A DNA stretch of 64,000 nucleotides, from sequence record MZ501074; one strand, 5' to 3'. The notes under the pieces were generated by a model. The model saw only the letters and a program-made list of their open reading frames with translations, was not told where the DNA came from and made no database searches. The DNA comes from Escherichia phage HildyBeyeler. Numbering within the stretch: position 1 is the first letter of the stretch; every line of letters starts with the position of its first letter. A program made the position numbers and the translations under genes. Below, piece after piece: positions 28,759-37,150 of the stretch.

Positions 28759-29597
28759 TGCAACAATACTTAAAAATTTTGACAGATGTAATTTTACTAG
28801 GTGAACCCCGTAATGACCGTACAGGAACAGGCACAGTTTCAATTTTTGATTCCTATGCTAAGTTCGATCTACGTGAGGGATTCCCTGCCGTAACCACTAA
28901 ACGTCTAGCCTGGAAATCAGTAGTAGGAGAACTTTTATGGTTCTTGTCTGGTTCCACAAATCTTCATGATCTACGTGTATTCACATTTGGGCGTGACGAA
29001 GGACAGTGGACCATCTGGACTCCAAATTATGAAGACCAAGCTATAAGTATGGGGTATGATAAGGGTAATCTAGGACCGGTATATGGTAAACAGTGGCGTA
29101 ACTTTGGTGGGCGAGATCAGATTCTAGAACTTATTGAAGGACTCAAGAATAATCCTCATGGCCGCAGACATCTAGTTTCTGCATGGAACGTAGCTGAACT
29201 TGATAAAATGGCATTACCGCCCTGCCACTACGGCTTCCAGTGCTATGTAAGTAACGATGGATACCTAGATCTTAAATGGACACAACGTTCTGTAGATTGT
29301 TTCCTCGGTTTACCCTTCAATATTGCTAGTTATGCTTTATTAACGCATATATTAGCAAAACTGACAGGATTAAAACCTCGTTATCTCATCTTTAGTGGTG
29401 GAGATACTCATATCTATAATGACCACATGGAACAGGTAGAAGAACAGGTAAAACGCAAGCCACGCCCTCTACCAACTCTAGTAATGCCAGAGTTTGTAGA
29501 TCTTTACGATTTATTAGAAAATAATACGGCAGCTTGGTCCTTCCAGCTTGAAGGATATGATCCGCATCCGGCTCTTAAAGCTAAAATGTCTTCCTAA
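28758..29597 (+). CDS. thyA: thymidylate synthase (279 aa)
   Basis: Active-site motif ALPPCHYGFQCYV and TS fold signatures. Confidence 0.9.
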   Translation: MQQYLKILTDVILLGEPRNDRTGTGTVSIFDSYAKFDLREGFPAVTTKRLAWKSVVGELLWFLSGSTNLHDLRVFTFGRDEGQWTIWTPNYEDQAISMGYDKGNLGPVYGKQWRNFGGRDQILELIEGLKNNPHGRRHLVSAWNVAELDKMALPPCHYGFQCYVSNDGYLDLKWTQRSVDCFLGLPFNIASYALLTHILAKLTGLKPRYLIFSGGDTHIYNDHMEQVEEQVKRKPRPLPTLVMPEFVDLYDLLENNTAAWSFQLEGYDPHPALKAKMSS

Positions 29598-29603
29598 CTC
29601 AAA

Positions 29604-29630
29604 TAGCCCTTCGGGGCTATTATATTTAAA
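29604..29630 (+). terminator. intrinsic terminator after thyA
   Basis: TAGCCC-TTCG-GGGCTA hairpin followed by a T-rich tract. Confidence 0.65.
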
Positions 29631-29636
29631 TTTCAT

Positions 29637-29665
29637 TTGCTTATTTAGTGAAATTTAAATATAAT
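29637..29665 (+). promoter_or_regulatory. sigma70 promoter (TTGCTT, 17 bp, TATAAT)
   Basis: Follows the thyA terminator. Confidence 0.65.
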
Positions 29666-29690
29666 ATATTTTATAAATTGGAGGTATATA

Positions 29691-29972
29691 ATGATTTCAG
29701 CCAAAGAAGCTCAAGAACTTGCAGGATTAACAGAAGTACCCGCATTCCTAAAGTTTATAGAAGAAAAGATTGTAGAAGCTGCTAAGTCTGGAAATACAGA
29801 AGTAATTATTCGAGATAATCCTTACGCTAGGTGGCTATATAATCCTAGAGAAATGCCAGGAGCAGCTAAATCGGTACTAAAAACCTTATCGGATAAGGGG
29901 TATCACCTCTCACAATACTACCGAGAAGCCGCCTTTGTAGACATGGGTCTTAAAATTAGTTGGGAGGTATAA
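29691..29972 (+). CDS. hypothetical protein (93 aa)
   Basis: GGAGG RBS; follows terminator and promoter. Confidence 0.55.
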   Translation: MISAKEAQELAGLTEVPAFLKFIEEKIVEAAKSGNTEVIIRDNPYARWLYNPREMPGAAKSVLKTLSDKGYHLSQYYREAAFVDMGLKISWEV

Positions 29973-30448
29973 TGTCGGTTTTCCACATTTACACAGATGG
30001 TGCTTGTAAGTCTAACCCAGGTCCAGGTGCTTGGGGTTTTATTGTCTATAATGATAACGACGATCGTTTAGGTTCTAAATCTGGTTATAATCCTAAAACT
30101 ACAAATAATGAGATGGAACTCACAGCTATTGTAGAAGCTCTACGTTGGTCTGTTAAAAAAGATAATAGACCAATTGCTATCTATACTGATTCTGCTTATT
30201 GCAAAAATGGCATGGAAAGTTGGATGTTTTCTTGGCAAAGGAAAGGCTGGAAGAAAGCAGATGGTGAAGTTCCCCTTAATCTAGAACTTTGGCAGGAAGC
30301 ATTTAAATTAACACAGCAGTATATCAACTTTCATAATATTAACCCTACTTTTATTAAGGTTAAAGGACATTCTGGTATTAGTGGTAATGAAGCTGTAGAC
30401 GCCTTATGTAACACAGTTATTACTGAGCAAGAACTTGCCGAGATGTGA
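29972..30448 (+). CDS. rnh: ribonuclease H (~158 aa)
   Basis: RNase H1 signature HIYTDGACKSNPGPGAWG and downstream DSAY/GHSG motifs; GGGAGG RBS. Confidence 0.8.
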   Translation: MSVFHIYTDGACKSNPGPGAWGFIVYNDNDDRLGSKSGYNPKTTNNEMELTAIVEALRWSVKKDNRPIAIYTDSAYCKNGMESWMFSWQRKGWKKADGEVPLNLELWQEAFKLTQQYINFHNINPTFIKVKGHSGISGNEAVDALCNTVITEQELAEM

Positions 30449-30469
30449 TAAGTAAATTAAAAATTCAAT

Positions 30470-30498
30470 TGCTTAAAGCCCTCTAATTTAGTATAATA
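30470..30498 (+). promoter_or_regulatory. sigma70 promoter (TTGCTT, 17 bp, TATAAT)
   Basis: Consensus hexamers with A-tract upstream. Confidence 0.65.
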
Positions 30499-30524
30499 TT
30501 CGTATTGAAAGTGAGGAGGGCTTT

Positions 30525-30809
30525 ATGAGAATTTATAACTCAAATTCATTAGGATTTAAACCATTGAGAAAACGTGCACAATCACCTCGTCAAATAAGAA
30601 AGGCTAATATTGGTGAACCAGAAACACGTCTTCCACCTCCTCCAGAACAACGTTTAGTTTATCTGGACGAAGAATTAGCGGAACGCGAAAGAAAAGCTCA
30701 AGAAGAGATTAAGCATAAGAAAATGTGTACTGCTCCAGCCTACTCCAAAGGGGCTTATCAATATATCTATACAGCCGAGGAGGCTAAAGATGCGGGGCGT
30801 AAAAAATGA
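30525..30809 (+). CDS. hypothetical protein (94 aa)
   Basis: GAGGAGG RBS; own promoter. Confidence 0.5.
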   Translation: MRIYNSNSLGFKPLRKRAQSPRQIRKANIGEPETRLPPPPEQRLVYLDEELAERERKAQEEIKHKKMCTAPAYSKGAYQYIYTAEEAKDAGRKK

Positions 30810-31255
30810 AGATTACTGAATTTAAAGGTACTTATAGTTTTTTATCTAACTTTTATTTATCACCAATTACTTTCGAATATCTAAATGAGATATGGCATGC
30901 TGATACTGTAGAACATGCTTTTCAGGCTATGAAATCCGACCAAAAAGATGATGTAGCTCATGTGCTGCGCTCCCTAAATGCAGGAGTTGCCAAACGTAGA
31001 GGACGTAAATTAACTCTGCGCTCTGACTGGGATAAGGTAAAAGATGATGTAATGTTAGAGCTTTTACGGTTAAAGTTTGCAATCCCTGATTTGAGGGACA
31101 AACTGTTAGCAACAAAAAATGCAACTTTGATCGAAGGAAATACCTGGGGAGATACATACTGGGGTGTTTGCCGAGGCATCGGGGATAATACTTTAGGAGT
31201 TCTTTTGATGCAGGTAAGGTCTGAAATTAAAAGAAGTTTACAGTTAATAAATTAA
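30806..31255 (+). CDS. NADAR-domain (YbiA-like) protein (149 aa)
   Basis: FLSNFY...EHAFQAMK signature of the NADAR/DUF1768 family. Confidence 0.65.
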   Translation: MKITEFKGTYSFLSNFYLSPITFEYLNEIWHADTVEHAFQAMKSDQKDDVAHVLRSLNAGVAKRRGRKLTLRSDWDKVKDDVMLELLRLKFAIPDLRDKLLATKNATLIEGNTWGDTYWGVCRGIGDNTLGVLLMQVRSEIKRSLQLIN

Positions 31256-31263
31256 AAATTCAT

Positions 31264-31292
31264 TTGCTAAACGCTTCAAATTCTAGTATAAT
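31264..31292 (+). promoter_or_regulatory. sigma70 promoter (TTGCTA, 17 bp, TATAAT)
   Basis: Consensus hexamers plus ACTTCATAAATTGA downstream box. Confidence 0.7.
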
Positions 31293-31330
31293 ATACTTCA
31301 TAAATTGATAAACAAAAAGGAAAATAAATA

Positions 31331-31846
31331 ATGGCTAAGCAGAAAAACGCAAAAACTCAAGCAGCAACTACAGTTAAAACTTTCCCTCAGACTGAGGCTA
31401 ACCGCAAAGCTCGTCTGGAACGCCACCTGCGCAAGCATCCTACTGATGCTCAAGCTGCACAGGCACTGAATCGTCCGGCTCCGATTCGTCAAAAGCCGAA
31501 GGCTAAGAATGCTACTCGTTCTGTAACCCGCCTTGTGACCTATGTACAGGGTTATGGCCACAAATCTGTTCCAGTAACACTGAGTTTCAATGCTGGAGCT
31601 GAATTGTTCCCTCGTAATGGCATGGCCATGAAAGATTACGAGAAAGCAGTTAACCAGAAACGCAAGCCAACGGCAGATGTGCTTCGTGACACTCATGGAC
31701 AGTTTGGCTCTGTTAAGCCAAATATCTTTGGCGTAGAGTATAGTAAAGATAGTGTTCGTGCTCTGTGTTACGGTGTAGGCATTAAGTTCACTGGTGATTC
31801 TGCTCGTAAATCTGCTAAACCAGCTCGTAAACGTAAAGCGAAGTAA
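31331..31846 (+). CDS. hypothetical basic protein (171 aa)
   Basis: Lys/Arg-rich; own promoter; terminator follows. Confidence 0.5.
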   Translation: MAKQKNAKTQAATTVKTFPQTEANRKARLERHLRKHPTDAQAAQALNRPAPIRQKPKAKNATRSVTRLVTYVQGYGHKSVPVTLSFNAGAELFPRNGMAMKDYEKAVNQKRKPTADVLRDTHGQFGSVKPNIFGVEYSKDSVRALCYGVGIKFTGDSARKSAKPARKRKAK

Positions 31847-31857
31847 TAGATAGGAGG

Positions 31858-31884
31858 GGCGAAAGCCCCTCATATTTTGGAGAA
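31858..31884 (+). terminator. probable intrinsic terminator
   Basis: AGGGGC-GAAA-GCCCCT hairpin followed by CATATTTT. Confidence 0.5.
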
Positions 31885-31887
31885 ACT

Positions 31888-32124
31888 ATGCGTAATTTTG
31901 TAGTAAAGAATGATTTTAACCGTGCTAGCACCCATAAGTCCGCTAGAGATTATACACGACTTTCTAGTCATGAGGTAATGGATACCTGTTATGAAGAGCT
32001 GGAAGATAACTGGAATGAATGGCCAGACTTTTCTATGGAAGAAAACTGGGATGTTAGTGAAGATATGCTTCCTGGTTTTAAAGACCCCAAGAAGTGGGAG
32101 TCTATTAAAGAGACAGCTCTTTAA
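31888..32124 (+). CDS. hypothetical acidic protein (78 aa)
   Basis: ORF with RBS. Confidence 0.45.
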   Translation: MRNFVVKNDFNRASTHKSARDYTRLSSHEVMDTCYEELEDNWNEWPDFSMEENWDVSEDMLPGFKDPKKWESIKETAL

Positions 32125-32152
32125 TAGTTTTCTACACAATAAAGGATAAGTT

Positions 32153-32854
32153 ATGAAAGTAAAACCATTTGGTATGCTAGATATTGAATCTCTAGGAACT
32201 CCGGGGGATTGTGGTACTACTCATATCGCAATGCCTTCTTTCGCTTTTGTGGCTATGCATGGGATTGATAAAGACCCTGACTTAGTATTTGCTACTTTGG
32301 ATGTGCAGGATCAGCTTAATTCTGGTGCCAAAGTTACAGCATCTACTCTAGCATTCTGGATGGATCAAGCTAAAAATAGCCCGTCTGCTATTCACATTAT
32401 GGAAGCTATGAAGGAACGTAATCCAAAACTGATTGCCTTCCAAAATGGTAAACATCATTGCACTACTAAATTAGGCTCAAACTATGCTGCCTTCTCTATG
32501 GCTCAAAATATTATGGAGTTGGCTCTAGGCGAAAATGCTTTGTATTATGGCAATGGCCCAGAGTTTGATATGACTATCTACTCTGCAAACACGTTCCATG
32601 CTGGAACCAATGAAGAGGTAGTTCCGTGGAAATTCTGGAATTTAGGCAATGTTCGATCTCTTCGTAATCTCTGGATGCAAGCGGGTTATAGTTACAAAGA
32701 TCTAGAGGCTGAAGGTATTAGCTGGGCAAAAGCTAAAATGGAGAAGATGGACACCATTCGTTATGGGATCTATCCGGTTAAGCACGACCCAGCATTCGAT
32801 GCCCTAGTTGAGGGCTATTGTGTTGCAGCTATGATCGAAAAAATGAAAATTTGA
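32153..32854 (+). CDS. hypothetical protein (233 aa)
   Basis: AAAGGA RBS. Confidence 0.55.
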   Translation: MKVKPFGMLDIESLGTPGDCGTTHIAMPSFAFVAMHGIDKDPDLVFATLDVQDQLNSGAKVTASTLAFWMDQAKNSPSAIHIMEAMKERNPKLIAFQNGKHHCTTKLGSNYAAFSMAQNIMELALGENALYYGNGPEFDMTIYSANTFHAGTNEEVVPWKFWNLGNVRSLRNLWMQAGYSYKDLEAEGISWAKAKMEKMDTIRYGIYPVKHDPAFDALVEGYCVAAMIEKMKI

Positions 32855-32855
32855 T

Positions 32856-32884
32856 TTGCTTCCGGCTCCAAAATTCTGTATAAT
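32856..32884 (+). promoter_or_regulatory. sigma70 promoter (TTGCTT, 17 bp, TATAAT)
   Basis: Consensus hexamers plus ATTTATAAATTTGAGA box. Confidence 0.7.
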
Positions 32885-32925
32885 ATATTTATAAATTTGA
32901 GAAAACAATAAAAGGAAAAACAAAT

Positions 32926-33108
32926 ATGCCAGTATCTAAAAATGTTCGTAAAAATGGTAAGAAAGCTACTCGTAATCTGGGTATCCGTCGTATGGCCGAA
33001 CGTCAATCAGGTGTCCAGAAAATCTTTGATCTGTTAAATCGTGCTAATCCTAAAATTGATAACAGTAATGATACTGTTCTGCGCACTCTGCTGGCAATTG
33101 GTCTGTAA
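32926..33108 (+). CDS. hypothetical basic protein (60 aa)
   Basis: Own promoter and RBS. Confidence 0.45.
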   Translation: MPVSKNVRKNGKKATRNLGIRRMAERQSGVQKIFDLLNRANPKIDNSNDTVLRTLLAIGL

Positions 33109-33161
33109 TAGATCAAATTTAAACAAATTCAAATCTCAAACTTCATATAAGGAAGCAAATA

Positions 33162-33800
33162 ATGACTACTCGTATTTCTAAAACTCGCGCTCTGGCAACT
33201 ATCAAATCTCTGGAAGCTAAAATCCGTAAAGCTGCTGAACAGCAGGTTCTGATCGCTGTTGGTGAAGGTAAGGATAAAAATAAGGTTGTAGTTGGCGCTG
33301 CAATCGAAGTAGACGATCTGTCCGCCCGTATTAAGGCAGATTTCCAATCTCTCCTGGATATGATGTCCCAGCGTGATCGTATCAAAGCTGCTCTGATTAA
33401 GAGCAATGCGGAAACAATCGTTGAGATTGGCTCTCGTAAGATGACTGTTGCGGAAGCAATTGAAGCTAAGCGTTCTATGGAACTTAAAGCCCAACTGCTG
33501 GCTAACATGCGTAAGCAGTTCCAAGCCGCTACGGCTAAGTTTAATACGCAGAAAGCACAGTTTGATGCTAAATATGAGCGTTTGCAGGATAGCATGGCTA
33601 CCCGCGATAAGAAAACTTCCGAAGATGAAGTTAAAATGCAGCTCAACCTGCTGGAACTCAAGAATACTCCATTCTTGATTGATCCGCTGGAACTGGAGAA
33701 GCTGATTAAGCAGCATGACGAGGAATACCAGGACTTTGCAACAAATGTTGACTTTGTTCTGTCCGAGTCTAACGCCTCTACCTTCATTGAAGTAGAGTAA
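33162..33800 (+). CDS. hypothetical coiled-coil protein (212 aa)
   Basis: AAGGAAG RBS; preferred over the antisense ORFs covering the same span. Confidence 0.55.
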   Translation: MTTRISKTRALATIKSLEAKIRKAAEQQVLIAVGEGKDKNKVVVGAAIEVDDLSARIKADFQSLLDMMSQRDRIKAALIKSNAETIVEIGSRKMTVAEAIEAKRSMELKAQLLANMRKQFQAATAKFNTQKAQFDAKYERLQDSMATRDKKTSEDEVKMQLNLLELKNTPFLIDPLELEKLIKQHDEEYQDFATNVDFVLSESNASTFIEVE

Positions 33801-34183
33801 TAATTTAAAAGCTAGTAAATCGGTAGACGAAAGCCCAAGCATCTTACCTCGCAGCAGCGGTTGAAATACGAGGTTAAATAAGACCGCTGACCATACTATA
33901 AAGTATAATCTATTGGAGATTATGTTTATTACATCAGACATTTAATCTGACACGTAAAAACAAAGCGTCGTTGATATTACCGACACAACTTCAAAGATCA
34001 ACATTTAAGTATGAAAGCTGAAAAGTTTAAAGAACTCAAACTTCTAAACTTCTAAAGCTAAAAGATGCAAAGTATTCGTTGATGATTCAAACCCTAGATC
34101 AAAGGTACATGGCTCATAAGATATGGCCTGTGGCGCCTCTAGGCTGTTTATCGGTTTACTAGTTTCACAATTTAAAAATGTAT

Positions 34184-34212
34184 TTGCTAATTTATTAAGT
34201 TATCTGTATAAT
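34184..34212 (+). promoter_or_regulatory. sigma70 promoter (TTGCTA, 17 bp, TATAAT)
   Basis: Precedes HNH gene 34243-35064. Confidence 0.65.
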
Positions 34213-34242
34213 ATATTTTTAAATTGATGAAACGAGGCTATT

Positions 34243-35064
34243 ATGGGTAAATTACAAAAACAAATACTACCATATATAGATTATATCCGAGAAATTATAG
34301 AGTATAATCCCTATACTGGTAAATTATTCTATAAGCCTAATAAATATAAGAATAAAACTTGGCATACTTTATATGCTGGGAGAGAAATATGTAGTAAGAA
34401 CTCTGATGGGTACATCAGAGTTAGTTTGCTCTTAGATAATAAACCCACAATTATTTATGGACACCGAATAGCGTGGCTCCTTCACTATGGGGAGGAACCA
34501 CCTGCTATGATTGATCATATAAATACTATACCGTGGGATAATAGAATTATTAACCTAAGAGAGACAAATTTTAAGTTAAACAGACTTAATACTAACAAAA
34601 CGGTAGGTGTAGAGCTGCTGCCAGAAGGATTTGTGTACAGCATTACATTAGGTGAAAAGTTTTTTGTATCCCCCGGCTTCCCCACTTTCGAACAAGCTAA
34701 AGTGGAAAGAGAAAAACTAGTAAATGGTTTATGTAATGCAGAAATTGGGAAGCAGACCAATATTCTAATAGACGATGTTAGAGATTTACCTGAAATGTCC
34801 ATTATTTGTCGTACAGTTATAGGTGCGCTGGAACTATCAGATGTGTTTAGTTTCACAGGATCCTATTTATTTATGGACTCAGATTTAGGAGATTCAGAGG
34901 TACAAGGAAAAGATTTATTAGATCATATACTATTATTAGGTCAAAGACCCCTAAAAGTGATTCTAGTAACATCTAATCCTGTTGACGCAGAGTACATGAG
35001 AGGTACTCTTACGTCTTATGGATACCGAGAAAATCCCAATAGATTAGAATATGATCTATTTTAA
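34243..35064 (+). CDS. HNH homing endonuclease (273 aa)
   Basis: HNH motif IDHINTIPWDNRIINLRETN; own promoter. Confidence 0.8.
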   Translation: MGKLQKQILPYIDYIREIIEYNPYTGKLFYKPNKYKNKTWHTLYAGREICSKNSDGYIRVSLLLDNKPTIIYGHRIAWLLHYGEEPPAMIDHINTIPWDNRIINLRETNFKLNRLNTNKTVGVELLPEGFVYSITLGEKFFVSPGFPTFEQAKVEREKLVNGLCNAEIGKQTNILIDDVRDLPEMSIICRTVIGALELSDVFSFTGSYLFMDSDLGDSEVQGKDLLDHILLLGQRPLKVILVTSNPVDAEYMRGTLTSYGYRENPNRLEYDLF

Positions 35065-35076
35065 GGAGTAAAAAGA

Positions 35077-35526
35077 ATGAAGGCAGCTTTGCTTTTAGTA
35101 GCTGCCCTTACCTTCAGCTTCAATAGTCATGCGACCTACGACTCAAAGCAGATTGATTGCATTGCAAAAAATATCTACTTCGAAGCACGAGGTGAGGGCA
35201 TAAAGGGAATGACGGCGATTGCACACGTTACTAAAAACCGTGTTAACTCTGGTACTTTTCCTGATTCTTACTGTAAAGTAGTATATCAGTCTAACCAGTT
35301 CTCTTGGGTATCTAAGAGACCAAAAGTTGATAAAACTGATGAGGCTTGGAAAACCGCCAAGAATTTAGCTAGAGTGATATACTACGTTGATTCACCACAA
35401 GATCCTACACATGGAGCGTTATACTTCCATAGTGGTAAAGATAAACCGCGCTGGACAAAGAAGTTTAAGAAAACAACTAAGATTGAGGGACATACATTTT
35501 ATAAGCCTGTTGTCACTAAAACTTAA
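35077..35526 (+). CDS. secreted cell-wall hydrolase, SleB/CwlJ-like (149 aa)
   Basis: Signal peptide MKAALLLVAALTFSFNSHA; NIYFEARGE...KNR block. Confidence 0.55.
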   Translation: MKAALLLVAALTFSFNSHATYDSKQIDCIAKNIYFEARGEGIKGMTAIAHVTKNRVNSGTFPDSYCKVVYQSNQFSWVSKRPKVDKTDEAWKTAKNLARVIYYVDSPQDPTHGALYFHSGKDKPRWTKKFKKTTKIEGHTFYKPVVTKT

Positions 35527-35534
35527 AAATTTAT

Positions 35535-35563
35535 TTGCTTAAATACTTAAACTTCTGTATAAT
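35535..35563 (+). promoter_or_regulatory. sigma70 promoter (TTGCTT, 17 bp, TATAAT)
   Basis: Consensus hexamers plus CTTTCATAAATTAATGAGAGG box. Confidence 0.7.
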
Positions 35564-35594
35564 ACTTTCATAAATTAATGAGAGGAAGCGAAAT

Positions 35595-35765
35595 ATGAAA
35601 AACTTGATCGTCATTGGTGTTAACACTCGCGGTATTCGTACTACGAAAACTGTTAAAACTTCTAACGTTGCTGAGATCACTACGAACCCTAAAAAGTTTG
35701 ATTTCGCCAAAGTCTCAGCAGTTATGACAGAACAATCTTTTAACCAAGCGTTAGGAATGAAATAA
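35595..35765 (+). CDS. hypothetical small protein (56 aa)
   Basis: Promoter and GAGAGGAAG RBS; ATG overlaps next gene (TAATG); below the ORF-track cutoff. Confidence 0.5.
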   Translation: MKNLIVIGVNTRGIRTTKTVKTSNVAEITTNPKKFDFAKVSAVMTEQSFNQALGMK

Positions 35766-36208
35766 TGGGAGAGAATATTTTAGATGTTTTGCGTAGAGCT
35801 TTGCAGGATTCTAAGTTTAATGGTTCTGATAAAGAAGTCGCTAAAAGCTATCAGACCATAATCGGGGATCTTCAGCGTATTGATAAAGATTTCATCACTT
35901 CTGAACAATTTGTGTCTTATCTCAAAGCTCAACTAAAAAGCATTAACCAGATGAAAGCTAAACTTCATGGTCAAGATCTTGATAGTTATAGCTTGCAGTC
36001 CGCTCAGTATGAATACATTCTAAATAAGTGGTTGCAGGAGTATCTGCCTCCTCAGTTATCTGATACTGAGATTCGTAAATACTTTGCAGAATTAGTTAAG
36101 CTAAACCCTGGAATTACAAAAGGTATGCTGATGAAAGCGATTAAGGAAGAATTTCCTGGGCGTTATGATGGTGGTACTGCTGCTCAGATTGCTGGCGAAT
36201 TTAATTAA
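35765..36208 (+). CDS. GatB/YqeY-domain-like protein (147 aa)
   Basis: C-terminal KGMLMKAIKEEFPGRYDGGTAAQIAGEF resembles the YqeY domain. Confidence 0.45.
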   Translation: MGENILDVLRRALQDSKFNGSDKEVAKSYQTIIGDLQRIDKDFITSEQFVSYLKAQLKSINQMKAKLHGQDLDSYSLQSAQYEYILNKWLQEYLPPQLSDTEIRKYFAELVKLNPGITKGMLMKAIKEEFPGRYDGGTAAQIAGEFN

Positions 36209-36216
36209 AAATTTAT

Positions 36217-36245
36217 TTGCTAAATGCCTATAAATTCTGTATAAT
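36217..36245 (+). promoter_or_regulatory. sigma70 promoter (TTGCTA, 17 bp, TATAAT) at the head of the tRNA cluster
   Basis: Consensus hexamers plus ATTAATAAATTAGAGAA box; no ORF follows for about 900 nt. Confidence 0.7.
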
Positions 36246-36468
36246 ATATTAATAAATTAGAGAACAGCGGGCCGATTACGCTGAGTGCAGAATCCAAACC
36301 GGAGTGCATTGAATAGAGTCGGTGGGTTAGTTGTAAAACTAGTACACAGTGGGCGGCAATCCCGGTTAGTGGCTAGAACGTGTAAAATGGGGCGTCTGAA
36401 ACCTCTCCCCTAAACTCTTCTCTAGTTTATAAATAGTGGGGTGTGGAAATCACTTATGTAGTAACACT

Positions 36469-36540
36469 GCCGATCTAGTATAAACGGTATTATCAAGCCG
36501 TAACTGGTGGAAGATGTAGGTTCGAATCCTACGATCGGTA
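36469..36540 (+). other. tRNA-like minihelix element (7-bp acceptor-like stem plus T-arm; no anticodon arm found)
   Basis: GCCGATC at 36469-75 pairs with GATCGGT at 36533-39; GTAGG-TTCGAAT-CCTAC T-arm at 36516-32; interior does not fold into D and anticodon arms. Confidence 0.3.
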
Positions 36541-37041
36541 AGAACTGGATAACTGGTGCTTTTAACGTAAAAGCTTCCGAGGTTAGTTGCGCACTGCCTA
36601 AACCACGCGGTAGTTGGTTCCAGACTAACCAACCAGTCTGCTGAATAGTTTTATTACGATTTAACTATGTCCAGGCTAAAGAAGAACTTTAGAAGGTATT
36701 CTAGGTGGTGAAGTTTTTCCTCCATATCGGAGTAGTTTTTCAAGCTACCAACAAAGTGGGAAATGCTGACATGAGAGATGTCACTAATGGTGCACAATAG
36801 CACAGGTAATTCGCGATAACTCCTGTTGAGTAGCAGCAAAAGGCGGGAAGTCATGACCCCAAGCCTAACCGAGTCCTCAATATACCGCAGGACATAACCA
36901 CTAAGTCACCCTGACTTAAACTGGAAAATAATAGACGTTACTGTATTTTGTCTTGAAATACTTAATGAGTGAGACTTATGACTCTCCCGGTATCGTCTGT
37001 ATTTTTAAGAGTTTTTACGAGAGTTCTTAAAAATACTTAAA

Positions 37042-37116
37042 CGGGGTGTAGTCTAAGGGAGAGGCAGGAGTCTTCTAAATTCCTTTATGCAGGTTCGAAT
37101 CCTGTCACCTCGGCCA
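37042..37116 (+). tRNA. tRNA-Arg (anticodon UCU), CCA encoded
   Basis: Hand fold: acceptor CGGGGTG/CACCTCG, D-arm, anticodon loop CU-UCU-AA, T-arm GCAGG-TTCGAAT-CCTGT, G73, CCA. Confidence 0.75.
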
Positions 37117-37150
37117 ATTTTATTAACTGTAACTAAAACAAAGGAAATAT

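Noticed and set aside
33129-33941. Two long minus-strand ORFs (270 and 214 aa) antisense to CDS 33162-33800
   Set aside because: Low-complexity Ser/Leu-rich translations with no RBS. They mirror the plus-strand gene, which has a strong AAGGAAG RBS and fits the operon orientation.
36450-36854. Minus-strand ORFs 36450-36632 and 36654-36854 in the tRNA-cluster leader
   Set aside because: No promoter or RBS, antisense to the promoter-driven transcript, and no recognisable protein features. Treated as chance frames.
36666-36900. A 232-nt element with 7-bp terminal complementarity (TATGTCC with GGACATA) followed by CCA
   Set aside because: No T-arm precedes the 3' strand, and a single 7-mer match in about 800 nt is compatible with chance.
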